Source of the DNA: Octopus vulgaris
Lineage: Eukaryota
Direction: 5' to 3'
NCBI GenBank assembly: GCA_951406725.2
Contig: OX597821.1
Coordinates: 100,936,001-101,000,000 of the forward strand
DNA length: 64,000 bases
Shown: piece after piece, positions 14,137 through 28,550 of the stretch
How the letters are laid out: every line of letters begins with the position of its first letter
How positions within the stretch are numbered: position 1 is the stretch's first letter
The notes under the pieces: model-generated
Database searches by the model: none
The model's input: the letters and a program-made list of their open reading frames with translations, nothing else
Told to the model about the DNA's origin: nothing
Translations under genes and position numbers: made by a program

Positions 14137-14446
14137 AGATTTCTTAGATTTGGATTTGAGAGCACTAAAAATCAAACATACCCGTCTGATATGAGTAATC
14201 CCAGACAAACCATCTTCGACCGCCAGTACCAACGAATTTAAAAAGCATAAATGAGGCCTTGCATTCCTCCCGCTTCCACCCACGTGAGTTATAGAGTAAG
14301 CAAATTCCTACAGAGAGAACTGTAGTTAAATATCAGGGAGAGAGAATTATATTATCAATAATAAAGGGGTAAAATCAATTAATTATTAATTAATTTTCCA
14401 AGTAGTGTTCAGTATGTAAGAAAACACAAAAAAAACACAACAACGC

Positions 14447-14840
14447 AGGCGCAGGAGTGGCTGTGTGGTAAGTAGCTTGCTAACCAACCACATGGTTCCG
14501 GGTTCAGTCCCACTGCATGGCATCTTGGGCAAGTGTCTTTTGCTATAGCTCCGGGCCGACCAATGCCTTGTGAGTGGATTTGGTAGACGGAAACTGAAAG
14601 AAGCCTGTCGTATATATGTATATATATATATATGTGTGTATGTGTGTGTGTTTGTCCCCCTAGCATTGCTTGACAACCGATGCTGGTGTGTTTACGTGCC
14701 CGTCACTTAGCGGTTCGGCAAAAGAGACCGATAGAATAAGTACTGGGCTTACAAAGAATAAGTCCCGGGGTCGATTTGCTCGACTAAAGGCGGTGCTCCA
14801 GCATGGCCGCAGTCAAATGACTGAAACAAGTAAAAGAGTA
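14447..14840 (+). mobile_element. Composite tRNA-derived SINE (same family)
   Basis: Full head, microsatellite and tail, near-identical to 6983-7419. Confidence 0.85.
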
Positions 14841-14915
14841 AGGAGTAAAGAGAACGCGAGGACGTGGAACAAATATAGTATTATTGGACGCTCAGGAAAG
14901 AAGGAAAGAAGGAGG

Positions 14916-14950
14916 GTTTAACGTTTCGAGCGGAGCTCTTCGTCAGAAAC
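14916..14950 (-). ncRNA. Minimal hammerhead ribozyme motif in a short repeat family
   Basis: GTTT-CTGACGA-A-GAGC TCC GCTC-GAA-ACGT-T-AAAC; related mutated copies at 1363-1397(-), 9153-9188(-), ~12944-12978(+), 16668-16694(+). Confidence 0.78.
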
Positions 14951-15021
14951 AGAGGAGAAGGAAAGATCCAGAGAAGGGAAGACAGAGGGAAAAAAATCAC
15001 CAACGGTACACATGAGGTCAC

Positions 15022-15064
<43 letters not shown>

Positions 15065-15499
15065 CATACATATATACGACGGGCTTCACTTCAGTTTCCC
15101 TCTACAAAATCCTCTCAGAAGGCTTTGGTTGGTCCGAGGCTATAGTAGAAGACACGCAGTGGGACTGAACCCAGAACCATGTGGTTCGTAAGCAAGCTAC
15201 TTACGACACAGCCACCCCTGCGCCTTAACATTACAAAAAGACCTTTTGACATTCTTTTCTTCGTCGTTTCCTGAAAGGACCGTTATGGCCAATGATAATG
15301 TGTTTGTAAAACCAGGATGTCATGATGGAATGATAAAGCTCTGATTTGTTCAACTATGAATGAAATGCGTTGGTCCAATAATAGGTGAAATTGCTGGGAA
15401 GGGCAGAAACTAGGGAAAAACCAGAATTTTACAATGTAAATTCATACCATCCTGCCGTGGGATTGACATACTGTCGACGCCTTTAAAGTCAAGCTTATA

Positions 15500-15500
15500 A

Positions 15501-15538
<38 letters not shown>

Positions 15539-16024
15539 TTTGTGTGTGTGTGTGCGTGTCTGTGTGTGTGTGTGTGTTTGTTTGTGTGTGTGTGTCTGTG
15601 TGTGTGTCTGTGTGTGTGTGTGTTTGTTTGTGTGTGTGTGTGCGTGTCTGTGTGTTTGTTTGTGTGTGTGTGTGCGTGTCTGTGTGTGTCTGTGTGTGTG
15701 TGTTTGTTTGTGTGTGTGTGCGTGTCTGTGTGTGTGTGTTTGTTTGTGTGCGTGTCCGTGTGTGTGTGTGTGTGTGTGCGTGTCCGTGTGTGTGTGTGTG
15801 TGTGTGTGTTTGTACGTGTGTGCGCGCACGCATATTTGTGGTTTCAAAATATATTAAAAATATATTCAGAGACAAATAAAAGAATAGACAGGATATATTA
15901 GTTTAACGCTCAGCAAGAATGGATAACACACACATACGTACTCATAGTGACACACACGCACTCACACACGTAAATCGCTTCGCCTCTCGACCCCACGTCG
16001 TCTACTGCTAAATTTTACTAAATT

Positions 16025-16120
<96 letters not shown>

Positions 16121-16140
16121 ATTCTCTCTCTCTTTCTCTC

Positions 16141-16181
<41 letters not shown>

Positions 16182-16393
16182 ATTCTCTCTCTCTTTCTCT
16201 CTCTCTATCTCTCTCTTTCTCTCTCACATACATACACAAATACAAACACACCACATGTAACACTTCCTAATATACAAACACGTTACCCACCTGTCGCACT
16301 CTCTTTCTCCCTTTCTTCATCTCTTTCTCTTTCTTCCTCTCTCTCTCTTTCTTCATCTCTCTCTCTCTCTCTCTTTCTTCCTCTCTCTCTCTT

Positions 16394-16465
<72 letters not shown>

Positions 16466-16500
16466 GTACACTCGCACGCGCGCGTACACATGCACGCACA
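15500..16500. repeat. Compound (TG)n / (CT)n microsatellite block
   Basis: Directly visible; similar tracts at 8885-9060, 28100-28225, 28950-29560 and many (TA)n runs. Confidence 0.95.
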
Positions 16501-16801
16501 CGCACACAATTACCATTTTTGCATTCCTTCTACCTTCAAAAACCACATTCTGTAACTCTCTCCAGCTTCCGGTTAGTTATTTTTCTGTCACGTAACGACT
16601 CACGTGCTTTTCTCCATGCAATCAGCGCCATTCTCTTTTTCCTGCTCTCTGCACATTTTTCTTCTTTCCGACGAAGAGCCGAGCTCGAAACGTCATTTCT
16701 AGTTCCATCAAAAATTTTCACTAAGCGTCAATCTATTGTATTCCCTGTGCACATCTAATTGACCTTTACTGACTTTTCCTTCTTTATATTTGCCTATACA
16801 C

Positions 16802-16892
<91 letters not shown>

Positions 16893-16993
16893 CATAGGCG
16901 CAGGAGTGGCTGTTTGGTAAGTAGCTTGCTTACCATCCACATGGTACCTTGGGCAAGTGTCTTCTACTATAGCCTCGGACCGACCAAAGCCTT

Positions 16994-17959
16994 GTGAGTG
17001 GATTTGGAAGACGGAAACTGCTAAGAAGCCTGTCGTATATATGTATATGTATACATATATGTGTATGTTTGTATGTCTGTGTTTGCCTACCACCACCAAC
17101 ATCGCTTGACAACCGACGACACACTAGAATGAATGTCCCTTTTAGTTTAGCTAGAAGGATTTGCACCATAATATCAGACACAAACACCCGACACACACGT
17201 CTCCAGGAACTTAGAACCACACTCACAAATAGAAACTATCCACAGCCCCTAATAGACAGTGCAATACAACGGGTACTTAAATTAAGTATAGAAGACCTGA
17301 GACAAACAAAACCAAAAAAGAAAGAACAATTAAAAACCCTTCCCTACATCTCTACACACAACCCACTCAACAATGAGGCCTTCAACACCATACTACAAAG
17401 CACAGCCCTACTAAAGGGAGACCCAAAGATGAACCGGATCCTCGAAACACACACCATCATTAAAAGTAAACGGCAACCAAAATCCTTGAAAAGGATTTTA
17501 ACCCAAGCTACACTGCACTCAACATCAACCACAAAACCAGCAGTCAGAAAATGTGGAAGACCCAACTGCGGAATCTGTGTCATCTTGAAAGAAGGATCAG
17601 AATTTATACTGGAACAAGGCCACCAGTTCACCATTAGAACAAACTTCACCTGCGCATCAGAAAACTTAATTTACGTCATAACATGCGCAGGCTGCAATAG
17701 GCAGTATATAGGCCATACAAAAAATAGCTTACGTAACAGGATGGCGGTGCATAAATCACAAATTAGAAACCCTGATTACCGGAAAATACCGGTCAGCGGA
17801 CACATAGATAGATGTGCTGGAAATGTAAATCCGAAATTTACAACTAACCCGCTCTATAAATTCAGTGACAACGCAACCTTCACGCAACGCCAAAATAAAG
17901 AACTGTATTTCATAAAAAAATATAGACCAAGTTTAAACACCCTGGGCCAGGAATATTAA
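16994..17959 (+). pseudogene. Penelope RT-thumb/GIY-YIG ORF fragment (first ~42 codons are SINE read-through)
   Basis: NVPFSLARRICTIISD...NRNYP (PLE RT C-terminus); CGRPNCGIC Zn motif; NLIYVITCAGCNRQYIGHT...LRNRMAVH...KELYFIKKYRPSLN (GIY-YIG). Confidence 0.88.
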
Positions 17960-18149
17960 AACAAAAGATAGGTCCTCCGAAAAGGAGAAGCAAAATTCCA
18001 CCACGGCCGCTACCTTAAACAGTCACTCGCACTGACGGAAATATGCCTTAGGGAAAAAAAGGGGAAAAAAATTTATAAAAAGATTTCTTCGTACAAATCT
18101 AACCCAGATGGACTGACCACATACGATACAGCTAAGGGTCAGACCCGAT

Positions 18150-18512
18150 TATGATTGGTCAACACGTTGATGACGTCTAATTCTGCTAGACTGGACAGGA
18201 TACAGACAAGGGGCAGAGATTAGTCAGAATATTGATGACGTCCTTTTCTGCTTGACTAGTCACCTAACAAGATACAGACAAGGGGCAGACCTAATACAGC
18301 TATAAGTCGTGATTGGTCAGAATTTTGATGACGTTCCGTTCTGCTTGACTAAGCCACCTAACGAAACGATTGGTCAAAACAGGAGACAGACAAGAGGCAG
18401 TTATAATACAGCGAGAGGTCAAGATTGGTCAGAATGTTGATGACGTCCCGTTCTGCTTGACTAAGCCACCTAACGAAACGATTGGTCAAAACGTTGATGA
18501 CGTCACGCTACG
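18150..18512 (+). promoter_or_regulatory. Repeated ATTGG(CCAAT)-N-TGACGT(CRE-like) modules in the Penelope 3' region
   Basis: About 5 copies of GATTGGTCAGAATGTTGATGACGTC-like units; function inferred only. Confidence 0.45.
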
Positions 18513-18854
18513 CTGGACTGACCATCTAACAGGTATTATAAAACCCGAACAATTCACAAGATTCGCCAGAATCATCCAGCGAACACCCACCATTGGTCAC
18601 CACAGTTGCTCTAGGTAAAAATGAATTCCTCGCTCTTTCAGGAACATCAATTTTTTATATTGACTGCATTCCACCACTTTGATCTATTTTTTATATATCA
18701 CCACCACGAACCACTGCATCATACACTTTAAACATATAGCATGAACGAACTCACTTCAAACTAAATATGAACTGTATGATGTCTGACTCCATTGTGTATT
18801 ATAAATGAATTTCTTATATTTGATAGCATGAACTATCTTTTTTTATATATAACT

Positions 18855-18896
18855 TTTTTTGATAAGGTTCATTTCAGGAACTGAAACATGTTATAA
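18855..18896 (+). ncRNA. Hammerhead motif with U3-A8 core variant, downstream of a Penelope ORF
   Basis: TTGATAA-GGTTC ATTTCAG GAACT-GAA-ACATGT-T; stem I weaker than in the 31686 copy. Confidence 0.58.
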
Positions 18897-18954
18897 TGTA
18901 TATATAAAAATTAAAAATTGTATAATATAGCAGCATTTTCGAACTTCATTTTTT

Positions 18955-19007
<53 letters not shown>

Positions 19008-19184
19008 AAGAATTTACAAAAAAACAAAAGACGAAGACAAGAAGTGATCCTCTAGCTGGTTAACGATGCGGAGCTGCGTCCGATAAATTGCGAGCAGGGG
19101 AGCGAACTCCTACCACCTTTTAACGATAGGATCAGCAGATCAGTCCTGGTTTCGGGCTATTTCTACCACTCTTCAACACTCGCA

Positions 19185-19223
<39 letters not shown>

Positions 19224-19226
19224 TAT

Positions 19227-19688
19227 ACTCTTTTACTTGTTTCAGTCATTTGACTGTGACCATGCTGGAGCACCGCCTTTAGTCGAGCAAATCGACCCCA
19301 GGACTTATTCTTTGTAAGCCTAGTACTTATTCTATCGGTCTCTTTTGCCGAACCGCTAATTTACGGGGACGTAAACACACCAGCATCGGTTGTCAAGTGA
19401 TGTTAAGGGGACAAACACAGACTCACAAACACACTCACACACACACAAACACACACACACACACACACAAGCACACACACACTCACAAACACACACACAC
19501 ACATACATATATATCCATATATACAACGGGCTTCTTTCAGTTTCCGTCTACCAAGTCCACTCACAAGACTTTGGTGGGTCCGAGGGTATAGTAGAAGACA
19601 CTTGTCCAAGGTGCCACGCTGTGGGACTGAGCCCGGAATCATGTGGATGTTAAGCATGCTACTTACCACACAGCCACTCCTACACCTA
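19227..19688 (-). mobile_element. Composite tRNA-derived SINE (same family)
   Basis: Same head/microsatellite/tail layout. Confidence 0.85.
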
Positions 19689-19996
19689 ATAGGGTAAGTC
19701 GATTACATCGACCCCAGTGCGTAACTGGTACTTATTTAATCGACCCCGAAAGGATGAAAGCAAAGTCGACCTCGGCAGCAAACAAGCAAAAATGCCAGTT
19801 CTGCATCGTTAACCAGCTAGAGGAGATGTCCTCTTGGGGTTAAACAATCGCGGTAGAGTCCGTTCCAACGGACAGCCATGTTGAAGTGTCTACGAATATT
19901 ACTTGTTAGTACAACTACTGCGTTGATCTCTTAGAGAGATTTTAGAACTAGCGCTTTTGTTTGTTGCACAATCAGCGACTGTGTTCGCTTGAAATA

Positions 19997-20079
<83 letters not shown>

Positions 20080-20099
20080 CAAGCAGATGCGAGCTACTG

Positions 20100-21915
20100 C
20101 CATCTCTACCAGATTCGGTTTTTGTTGTTTTTGAGGAGTACTTGGCGGAATTTTTTTGTGCGAGGCCGCTGTCGTTGGGTGGTGGCGAATTGTTGAAAAG
20201 TGAAGAGTTGCGCAGAAGCTGCTGGAGGTCGAGATGCCATGGACCCGCGTGTGTTGAGGCCAGATATGGTGGAGTGTAGTGAAGGGAGAGTGACCAAGTA
20301 TTGTGATGTGATGGGGAAGGAGGGGTCAAACATAAAAGTGGCCCTACCAGAGGAGGAAGGGGGAAAGTAGAGGGCAGGACGGTAATGTTCAGAACATTTT
20401 CGAGTGACAATGGAAGAATGGAACACGCGCTGCAGGGGGAGATGGAGGAATTGTTGGTGGTGAACATAGGAGAGAAGATGGTGTTTTTTGCAGGAGGAGG
20501 AAGATGTGGAACTATAGTAATGACTTTTCTTTCAGAGGAGGAGGCGAAAAACTCTGGCAACACGATGTTGCATGGAGAGAGATGAACGTTGATGCAGGAC
20601 TGTTGGGGCAATGGAGTCATCAGGGTCGGGGTGAAAAGAATCCCACCGTCGATGGAACCAGAAGAGGTAATGGCCGCAACGTTTAGTTCGGAGCTGAGGA
20701 AGAATGGAGAGGGCCTAAACATTGGTATGGTGAGCGGAGCACAACAATTGAATTTTGGGGGCTGTGGAATTGAAATAATTTGTGCAGTGGGCCCAGAATA
20801 TTATGACGAAATGGCGGAAACTGTGGAATTGCCAAACGGTGAAAAGCTGGAAGTAGTGTTGGAGGGGAGACCCCCAAAATGTTGCGGATGTGGTGAAAGA
20901 GGACACCTGAAAGGGAAGGGAAGTTCCCTGCAGCAGCAGTAGAAGTGGTGGAAGAGAGTGTTCAAAAAGATGTAGAGTTGGGAAGGAGCAGAAGCAGAAA
21001 ACAGAACAGGATGGGGATTTTGCAGAGGTGGAACCCGGGAAGCGGGAGAGAGGAAAGTCACCGATGAGGGTGGACTTAATGAAGAGTGGAGGACTGGAAG
21101 AAGAAACCCAGCCCATGACGAGAAATGGAAAAGGTTTACCAGTTGAAGTGCCAGCTGGAGGATTGAAAGTGCAGAGTCATTCGGACCAGAAGCCGGACGA
21201 CCCAGAATTGCGGAAACCTTGAAGCATGGACACACAGACGAAACACGTAGAGTTGCAGTCGAGCGAACGCACAGATACACAAATACACGAACGCACAGAC
21301 TTGGAGGCGAAAGCGCAAGAGCTCCAGAAGCAGCAGGAGGGTGGAAGCAAGGAGTGTCAACATGAAAAGCGCGAACAGGAAGAGAATTATAGTGAGATGA
21401 GGCAAACCAACGTGAAGGATTGTGAAGGCGAGGGACATTTTGAGAGGTGGAAGAGGTGGGTCGATATAGTTTTGTAAGGACTGTAACGGAGGAGAATATT
21501 TATTTGAACTTCTGGGAAAAAAAGAAAGTAAAAATGAGTTTTGTAAACGTTGAATGAACAGGTGGCCAAGGTGTCTTTGAAAATGTTGTAATAAACATTT
21601 GGTTGACTTTGGTTTAGAAGAAGTGAAGAAGTGGGAAGTAAATACTATATGGACAATGGTGTTAAAGGTATATAATTGTGGGGCAGAAGCGAAAGGGGAG
21701 GTCGCGGTTTCGCCTCGGAGGAGGCTAGAGGTTGTGTAAAAGTATAAGGAAAGGGAATCTACGGTTTCATCTCGCAGCGGGAGTGAGATGGCCGTCTCAT
21801 TTGCATTGTAAATATATTCATTTCACAGTCATCCTTCATATGTTTTATGTTCCTGCATATCTTTGTATGCCCCCCCCCTTGTAATTAGGCCTTGTGCCTG
21901 TAATAAAGAATTAAT
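20100..21915 (+). mobile_element. Degenerate Tx1/L1-like non-LTR derivative (ORF1 with zinc knuckle, most of ORF2 missing)
   Basis: Broken ORF1 with VVLEGRPPKCCGCGERGHLKGK (CCHC-like); 3' end ...GTAATAAAGAATTAATCTCT; followed directly by a second copy of its 5' ~260 bp. Confidence 0.65.
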
Positions 21916-23254
21916 CTCTACCAGACTCGGTTTTTGTTGTTTTTGAGGAATACTGGGCGGATTTTTTTGTGTGCGAGGCCACCATCGTTGGGTGGTAGTG
22001 AATTGTTGAAAAGTGAAGAGTTAAGCAGAGACTACTGGAGGTCGAGATGCCATAGACCCACGTGTGCTGAAGCCGGAGATGGTGGAGTGTAATGAATAGA
22101 AAATAACCAAGTATTGTGATATGATAAAGAAGGAAGGGTCAAACATAAAAATGACCCTGCCAGAGGAGGAAGAGTCCGAGAGAAATGAAGAGTAAGAGAG
22201 TGGGAAAGTGAGAAAGAAACAAAGAGGGAGAATGTGGTGATAAAAAACAGAAAGGAAGCAACAGAAAGTAACAACCACACTCTCACCCACGCGTAGAGCG
22301 GGTCACATTAAGCTAGTATATATATATAAAACAAATTATTAGCGCCAAGCAGTGTTCAGGCATAAACAAAGGTTAGGTTAGTTAAAACATATTTGTGACA
22401 TATTTCAACTGCTAAAAGGCAAATACACTGCAATTGCCATAGATGAAATATTTCTCTTATGGTAAAAAGGTGTGAAAATGCCCTATTTGTTCAATGTCGC
22501 CATCTATCAGGATTTCCAGACATCGATGTTTCAAGCTAGTTGTTTAAACAATGATGTCTGGGAATCCTGACAGATGGCGACACTGCCACTTAGTAGTTGA
22601 AATATTTTAACTGACTCAAACTTTGCAATACATATGTGTGTGTGTGTATGTATATATATATAGTAGGTACTGTAAATTTAGGGTGAATACTTGATATGTG
22701 TAAGCACCTGTATACGCCAGATAGTGGCAGAGGTGAGAGAGAATATATCAAATAAAATCAAAAACAGAACACAAAGGATATCGCGGTACACGTGTTTTAA
22801 GCTTTATAAACGACCTGTTCATTACATCAGTGTATAATAGATATAATAGATATAAAAGATGGTTTAAAGCTCTCTTCAGCCGCAGACATTGTTATTCCAA
22901 AGAGTTACATCACACTATAAAAAATATGAAAAGTACATGTATTACCCATTATAATAGGTATATCATATCTCCTTGAGAAAGTGTATTTGTGAAATTTCGT
23001 AACTGTATAACTGTATAATGATTCATTGGATTTCGAAAATCTGCCCATACTGTATCACCAGTCAACATAGAGTGAATGTTAAATAGATTGGAATGGGTTC
23101 ACTCCTCTTGTAATTATAGGAAGGAAAATAGAAAGAAAGAAAGAAAGAAAGAAAGAAGGAAAGAAGGAAAGAAAGAAACAAAGAAACAAAGAAACAAAGA
23201 AAAAGGAAAAAAGGAAGAAAAGAGAAAAAATAGCGAGAAATATATATATATATA

Positions 23255-23744
23255 CTAGCAGTATCGCCCGGCGTTGCTCGGGTTTGTAAGGGAAATAACT
23301 ATATAAGCATTTTTAGAGAGTTACTTCCCTTATAAATTCGGGCTTTCTTAGCCATTTTTATTTTGGTCTCTTCAAGCCATGAAGTCGTTGTTCTAAAAGA
23401 ACGCTGGTTTCCTTCACAACGCATTACGACGTTGATTTCTTTACACTCCCTTCCCCACAGCTTCACGAGGGAGGGAAGGGGGAGAAGCAAACAGGTGCAG
23501 CTGTGAGCGTGGACGCCAACTCCGCCGCCATCGACATACGATGCATTTTATGCATTAAAATGGAATAAAAAATGATGTTAAATTATTTTTTAAATCGTAG
23601 ACTCATCGTTGACGCGCGCTAATAGTCAGACGGGCTCGATATGAATCACGACTATAAGATACCCGAATTTGGTTAAACTGCACCGCAAAATGTGGGAGGA
23701 GTTAGGAATCTAAATCGAAGGGGATAGACACTCACACAACTAGA

Positions 23745-23755
<11 letters not shown>
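23255..23755 (-). mobile_element. Non-autonomous Helitron
   Basis: Minus-strand 3' end with CCCGAGCAACGCCGGG hairpin then CTAG|T; 5' end lost in (TA)n; same terminus as the 48269 element. Confidence 0.7.
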
Positions 23756-23812
<57 letters not shown>

Positions 23813-23815
<3 letters not shown>

Positions 23816-24645
23816 TGTGAGTGAAAAGTAAGTCGGCATTTAAGATTGTAAATAAAATCCATATTCCTTTTTCAAATTTATTGAAACAAATGATACATGT
23901 TCTTTATTACATGGGAAAATGGAAGTAAATCTTTATATTTCAACGTAAGCGCCGATGGCGTCAACTTGTTTCCACAAACGGCAAGGGATGGAATGAACTA
24001 CCTTCTGGAGGACGTCGTCTGGGATATCATTGAGAACCTCCTGAATCCGTATCTCCAAGTCCTCCAGTGTGCGAGGTTTTTTGTCTTGTATATTCCTATT
24101 CTGTGTAACACCACAGGTAAAAATCACACGGAATGAAATCTAAACTTCTTGGCATTCTGGACTTCTAGACTTCTGCGGTCAGTCTTCAGGTTTTTACTCC
24201 TGCACGCAATGGGGTTCCCACGGACGAAAATTCAATTCTTTATGCAACACCGTACGTGTTGTGTGTCTTGTTAGTCCACTTTCGCGAGCTGCTTGACCTG
24301 TTGATTTTTGCCGGCCGCGATTAAACATTTCCTGCACTGTTGCCACGTTCTCCGCTAATGGGAATAAAGTTGGACGGCCACTTCTTGCATCGTTCACAGA
24401 GCCTGTGGTCATCAGCTTTGCATGGCAACTTTTTTATTGTCTCCGGGTGGAGTGCTGCATGCTTAATTTTCCATGCACGCCACCATCTCTGAACCAAAAC
24501 AATGGAATTCCACTCGTCATAGCGTGCTGCTGTCTTAGCTCGCTCATGAACAATCAAGCGACCGGCCATCTGGAAAATAAGAAATAAGTAATATGACAAT
24601 ACAAAATTTCTATTAGTGTTGTCTGTTTAAAATATGTTTTCGTTA
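23813..24645 (-). mobile_element. Mariner-type (DDxD) transposon remnant, internally deleted
   Basis: TA|CAGTGTGAGTG terminus; frames give HTH (ARSGRP, KST.QAARESGL, LHKELNFRPW), PRSLDFIPCDF and KPRTLEDLEIRIQEVLNDIP. Confidence 0.8.
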
Positions 24646-24934
24646 TTCAAAACCTGTCATATCGTAGACCTTTCTCGTTTGCCTGCTAGGCCTTTCTTCC
24701 CCCTGTCTGTCTGTTGACCATCGTATTTATACTAATCGTGGCAGCTAGAAAGACAGACACACTGCAGCAGAGTTTGTAATTAAATAGGTCAGCTCCTGTC
24801 CATTTGAACTTCGCCTGACATGGCTGAGATCGTAGGTCAAAGGGATATGATCAATCACTTTCATATATGTATATATATATATATGCATGTATGTATATGT
24901 ATATAATATGTATGTATGTGTGTGCGTGTGTGTG

Positions 24935-24999
<65 letters not shown>

Positions 25000-25238
25000 G
25001 AGGGTGAAAAATTGATATTAATTTAATAATACCATAAATTTAACACCAGGTCGCTTAGCACGTAAAACTAGGGAGATAATACAAATTTATACATAAATTA
25101 TTAGAGAGTTACCACAATGTGGATAGCTCTAGTGCTAAAAATAGCTCCGTTAGTGTAGCCACAGAAAAGATGTTTCCAAGTAGAAATAACATTACATTTA
25201 ACGGAAGGAAAGTGAAACATAACGAAGAAATAGATTGA

Positions 25239-25312
25239 CCCTGAACAATTGTTTCATTACTAATGTAATATGTAATTTTACTTACATAGACATCTATAAA
25301 TCATCAGCAGAG
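25239..25312 (-). ncRNA. Hammerhead motif with long stem II
   Basis: CTCTG-CTGATGA-(TATGTAA/TTACATA hairpin, ~45 nt)-GAA-ACAATTGT-T-CAGGG; palindromic stem III. Confidence 0.72.
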
Positions 25313-25589
25313 GTTTGTCTTAAATACAATCCATTAGACCTACATGAGCGTCAAATACACGTGAGGTTTAACCAATTGCATTTGTAGTTATGCCTCAAAT
25401 TCCCCGCGAAAAGCATGCTAAGACTCATTGGAGTATATATATATACGTTCAGCAAAAATTTAGATTCAGATGAATATGGTACTTAAGTTGAGGCACCAGA
25501 ATTTAGTACGGTATTATCATACAATTTCAAAATAAGGTGATTAGAATCAAAATAAGCAACAAAGATACATCCTTTTTGTTTATTTTGAT

Positions 25590-26984
<1,395 letters not shown>

Positions 26985-27014
26985 GTTTTCGATCTAGTTT
27001 GGATTCTTTGCCAA

Positions 27015-27875
27015 CAGAATGGCAGACAGAAGGTGACTGTTAGCCAGAGAGAGACAAAGGCGAAGAACAGCCAGTCTCACTCAGGAAGAACTGGACGCAA
27101 GAAGATTAAAAAATATATTATTAAATCAATCACAAGAAATGAGACTAGAGAGAAGAGCACAAGATACAAGACGACAGGCTCGAAGACGTCAAAATGAAAA
27201 GGAGAATTTCATTGCACAAAGGAGGGATATCCAAAGACAGAGAGCAGCTCAAAAGCGCCAAGATGAAACGGAAGTGCAAGCAGCACAAAGGAGAGAACAT
27301 TGCAAAGGCGCCAATGTGAAACGGAAGAGCAAGCAGAAGAGAGGAAAGAGGATCTGAGAGAGAGAGAGACTAAGCCTAGAGAATGAAACGAAAGAAGCAA
27401 ATGTTCGCAGAGAACGAATGAGGAGAAGAATGGAAGAATTATTTAATACTGAAGCGGAAGAACGAAGAAATAATCGAAAGTAGCGGAATGCGAACGCCAT
27501 AAGAGTTGTGTGCAGAGTTGGAAATCATGTAAATTTAGTAAACAATCATACTTGTAATGAAGAGAATGCTCAGGTTCATAACTGTGGTGACATGAACACA
27601 TTGTGTCAGTTTTGTAGAGACAAACATTTTTCTTCAGAGCGACCATCAGACGGATGATTTAACAGTTGCTGCCATAAAAGGAAAGTCTTGCCTCCAGTTA
27701 GGAAAAAAATTTCATCCATACTTACGATCTCTGTTGTCAGACCTTCAACAACCACATTATGTTAACTTCAAAGAAAACATAAGGTCATACAACTCTGCTC
27801 TATCTTTCGCAATACGGGTGCTCACATTGACGACCCACAAGAACGAGGTAGAACCGTGTTCAGGTTAAGACCCTT
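27015..27875 (+). pseudogene. Helitron Rep/helicase N-terminal remnant
   Basis: R/E/Q-rich coiled coil, then HNCGDMNTLCQFC...FNSCCHK.KV and KENIRSYNSALSFA, with stops and frameshifts. Confidence 0.8.
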
Positions 27876-28100
27876 ACCTTCCCCTGAATCACTCATCATC
27901 AATCGGCATTACCACTGTTTGCATAACATCTTTTTTTTTTTCATGCTAGCATGGATCTGATCTGGTTGCACTGTGATGAAACACTTGGTATTGTGCTTCG
28001 TTATCGGATCCATATAACGGAAACACCAACCAATGTTTGTTGTGTATCTGTCCCCACAAAAAAAGAAAACATACATCAAAGCAGCTACAAATTATCCCTT

Positions 28101-28229
<129 letters not shown>

Positions 28230-28244
28230 TTCTTACTCTTCCAT

Positions 28245-28550
28245 TAGTACCAACGGTTTTTTCGTCAATGTCCATTCATAGATTTCAAACCTATTAACAT
28301 TGGTGTCAGTAGGTTTTTGTCAACGTCCTTTAACAAAGTTAAAACTCGCTTTCAGTGATGTCAATGTATATTTTTTCGGCAATGTCTTTTGATAGATTTA
28401 AAATCCGCTTACTTCAACATCAGTAGGTGTTTTGTCAACGTCGATTGATAGATATAAACTTGCTTACATTGGTATCAATGGTTGTGTTAAAATCTACTTA
28501 CGTAGGCATCAGTGGGTGTTTTTGTTAATCATCGATGAATACATTCGAAG
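28245..28550. repeat. Degenerate ~60-bp tandem repeat (~5 copies)
   Basis: Recurring GTTTTTTGTCAAYGTC..TGATAGAT.TAAA..CGCTTAC..TGGTGTCAGT-like units. Confidence 0.6.

Larger units (their letters stand above)
17120..18960 (+). mobile_element. Penelope-like retroelement, 5'-truncated (RT C-terminus + GIY-YIG endonuclease + 3' pLTR region)
   Basis: ORF to 17959 followed by ~900 bp non-coding sequence ending in a hammerhead motif; it interrupts a SINE at ~17115. Confidence 0.9.

Noticed and set aside
15410-16183. ORFs rich in CV/HT/YI/RE/SL repeats here and across the window
   Set aside because: Translations of dinucleotide microsatellites
19931-20722. 263-aa minus-strand ORF
   Set aside because: Antisense shadow of the LINE-derived ORF1 plus (TA)n
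22775-22835. Possible hammerhead relic with ACACGTGT palindrome on the minus strand
   Set aside because: Both core boxes are mutated and stem I cannot be formed, so it was not counted
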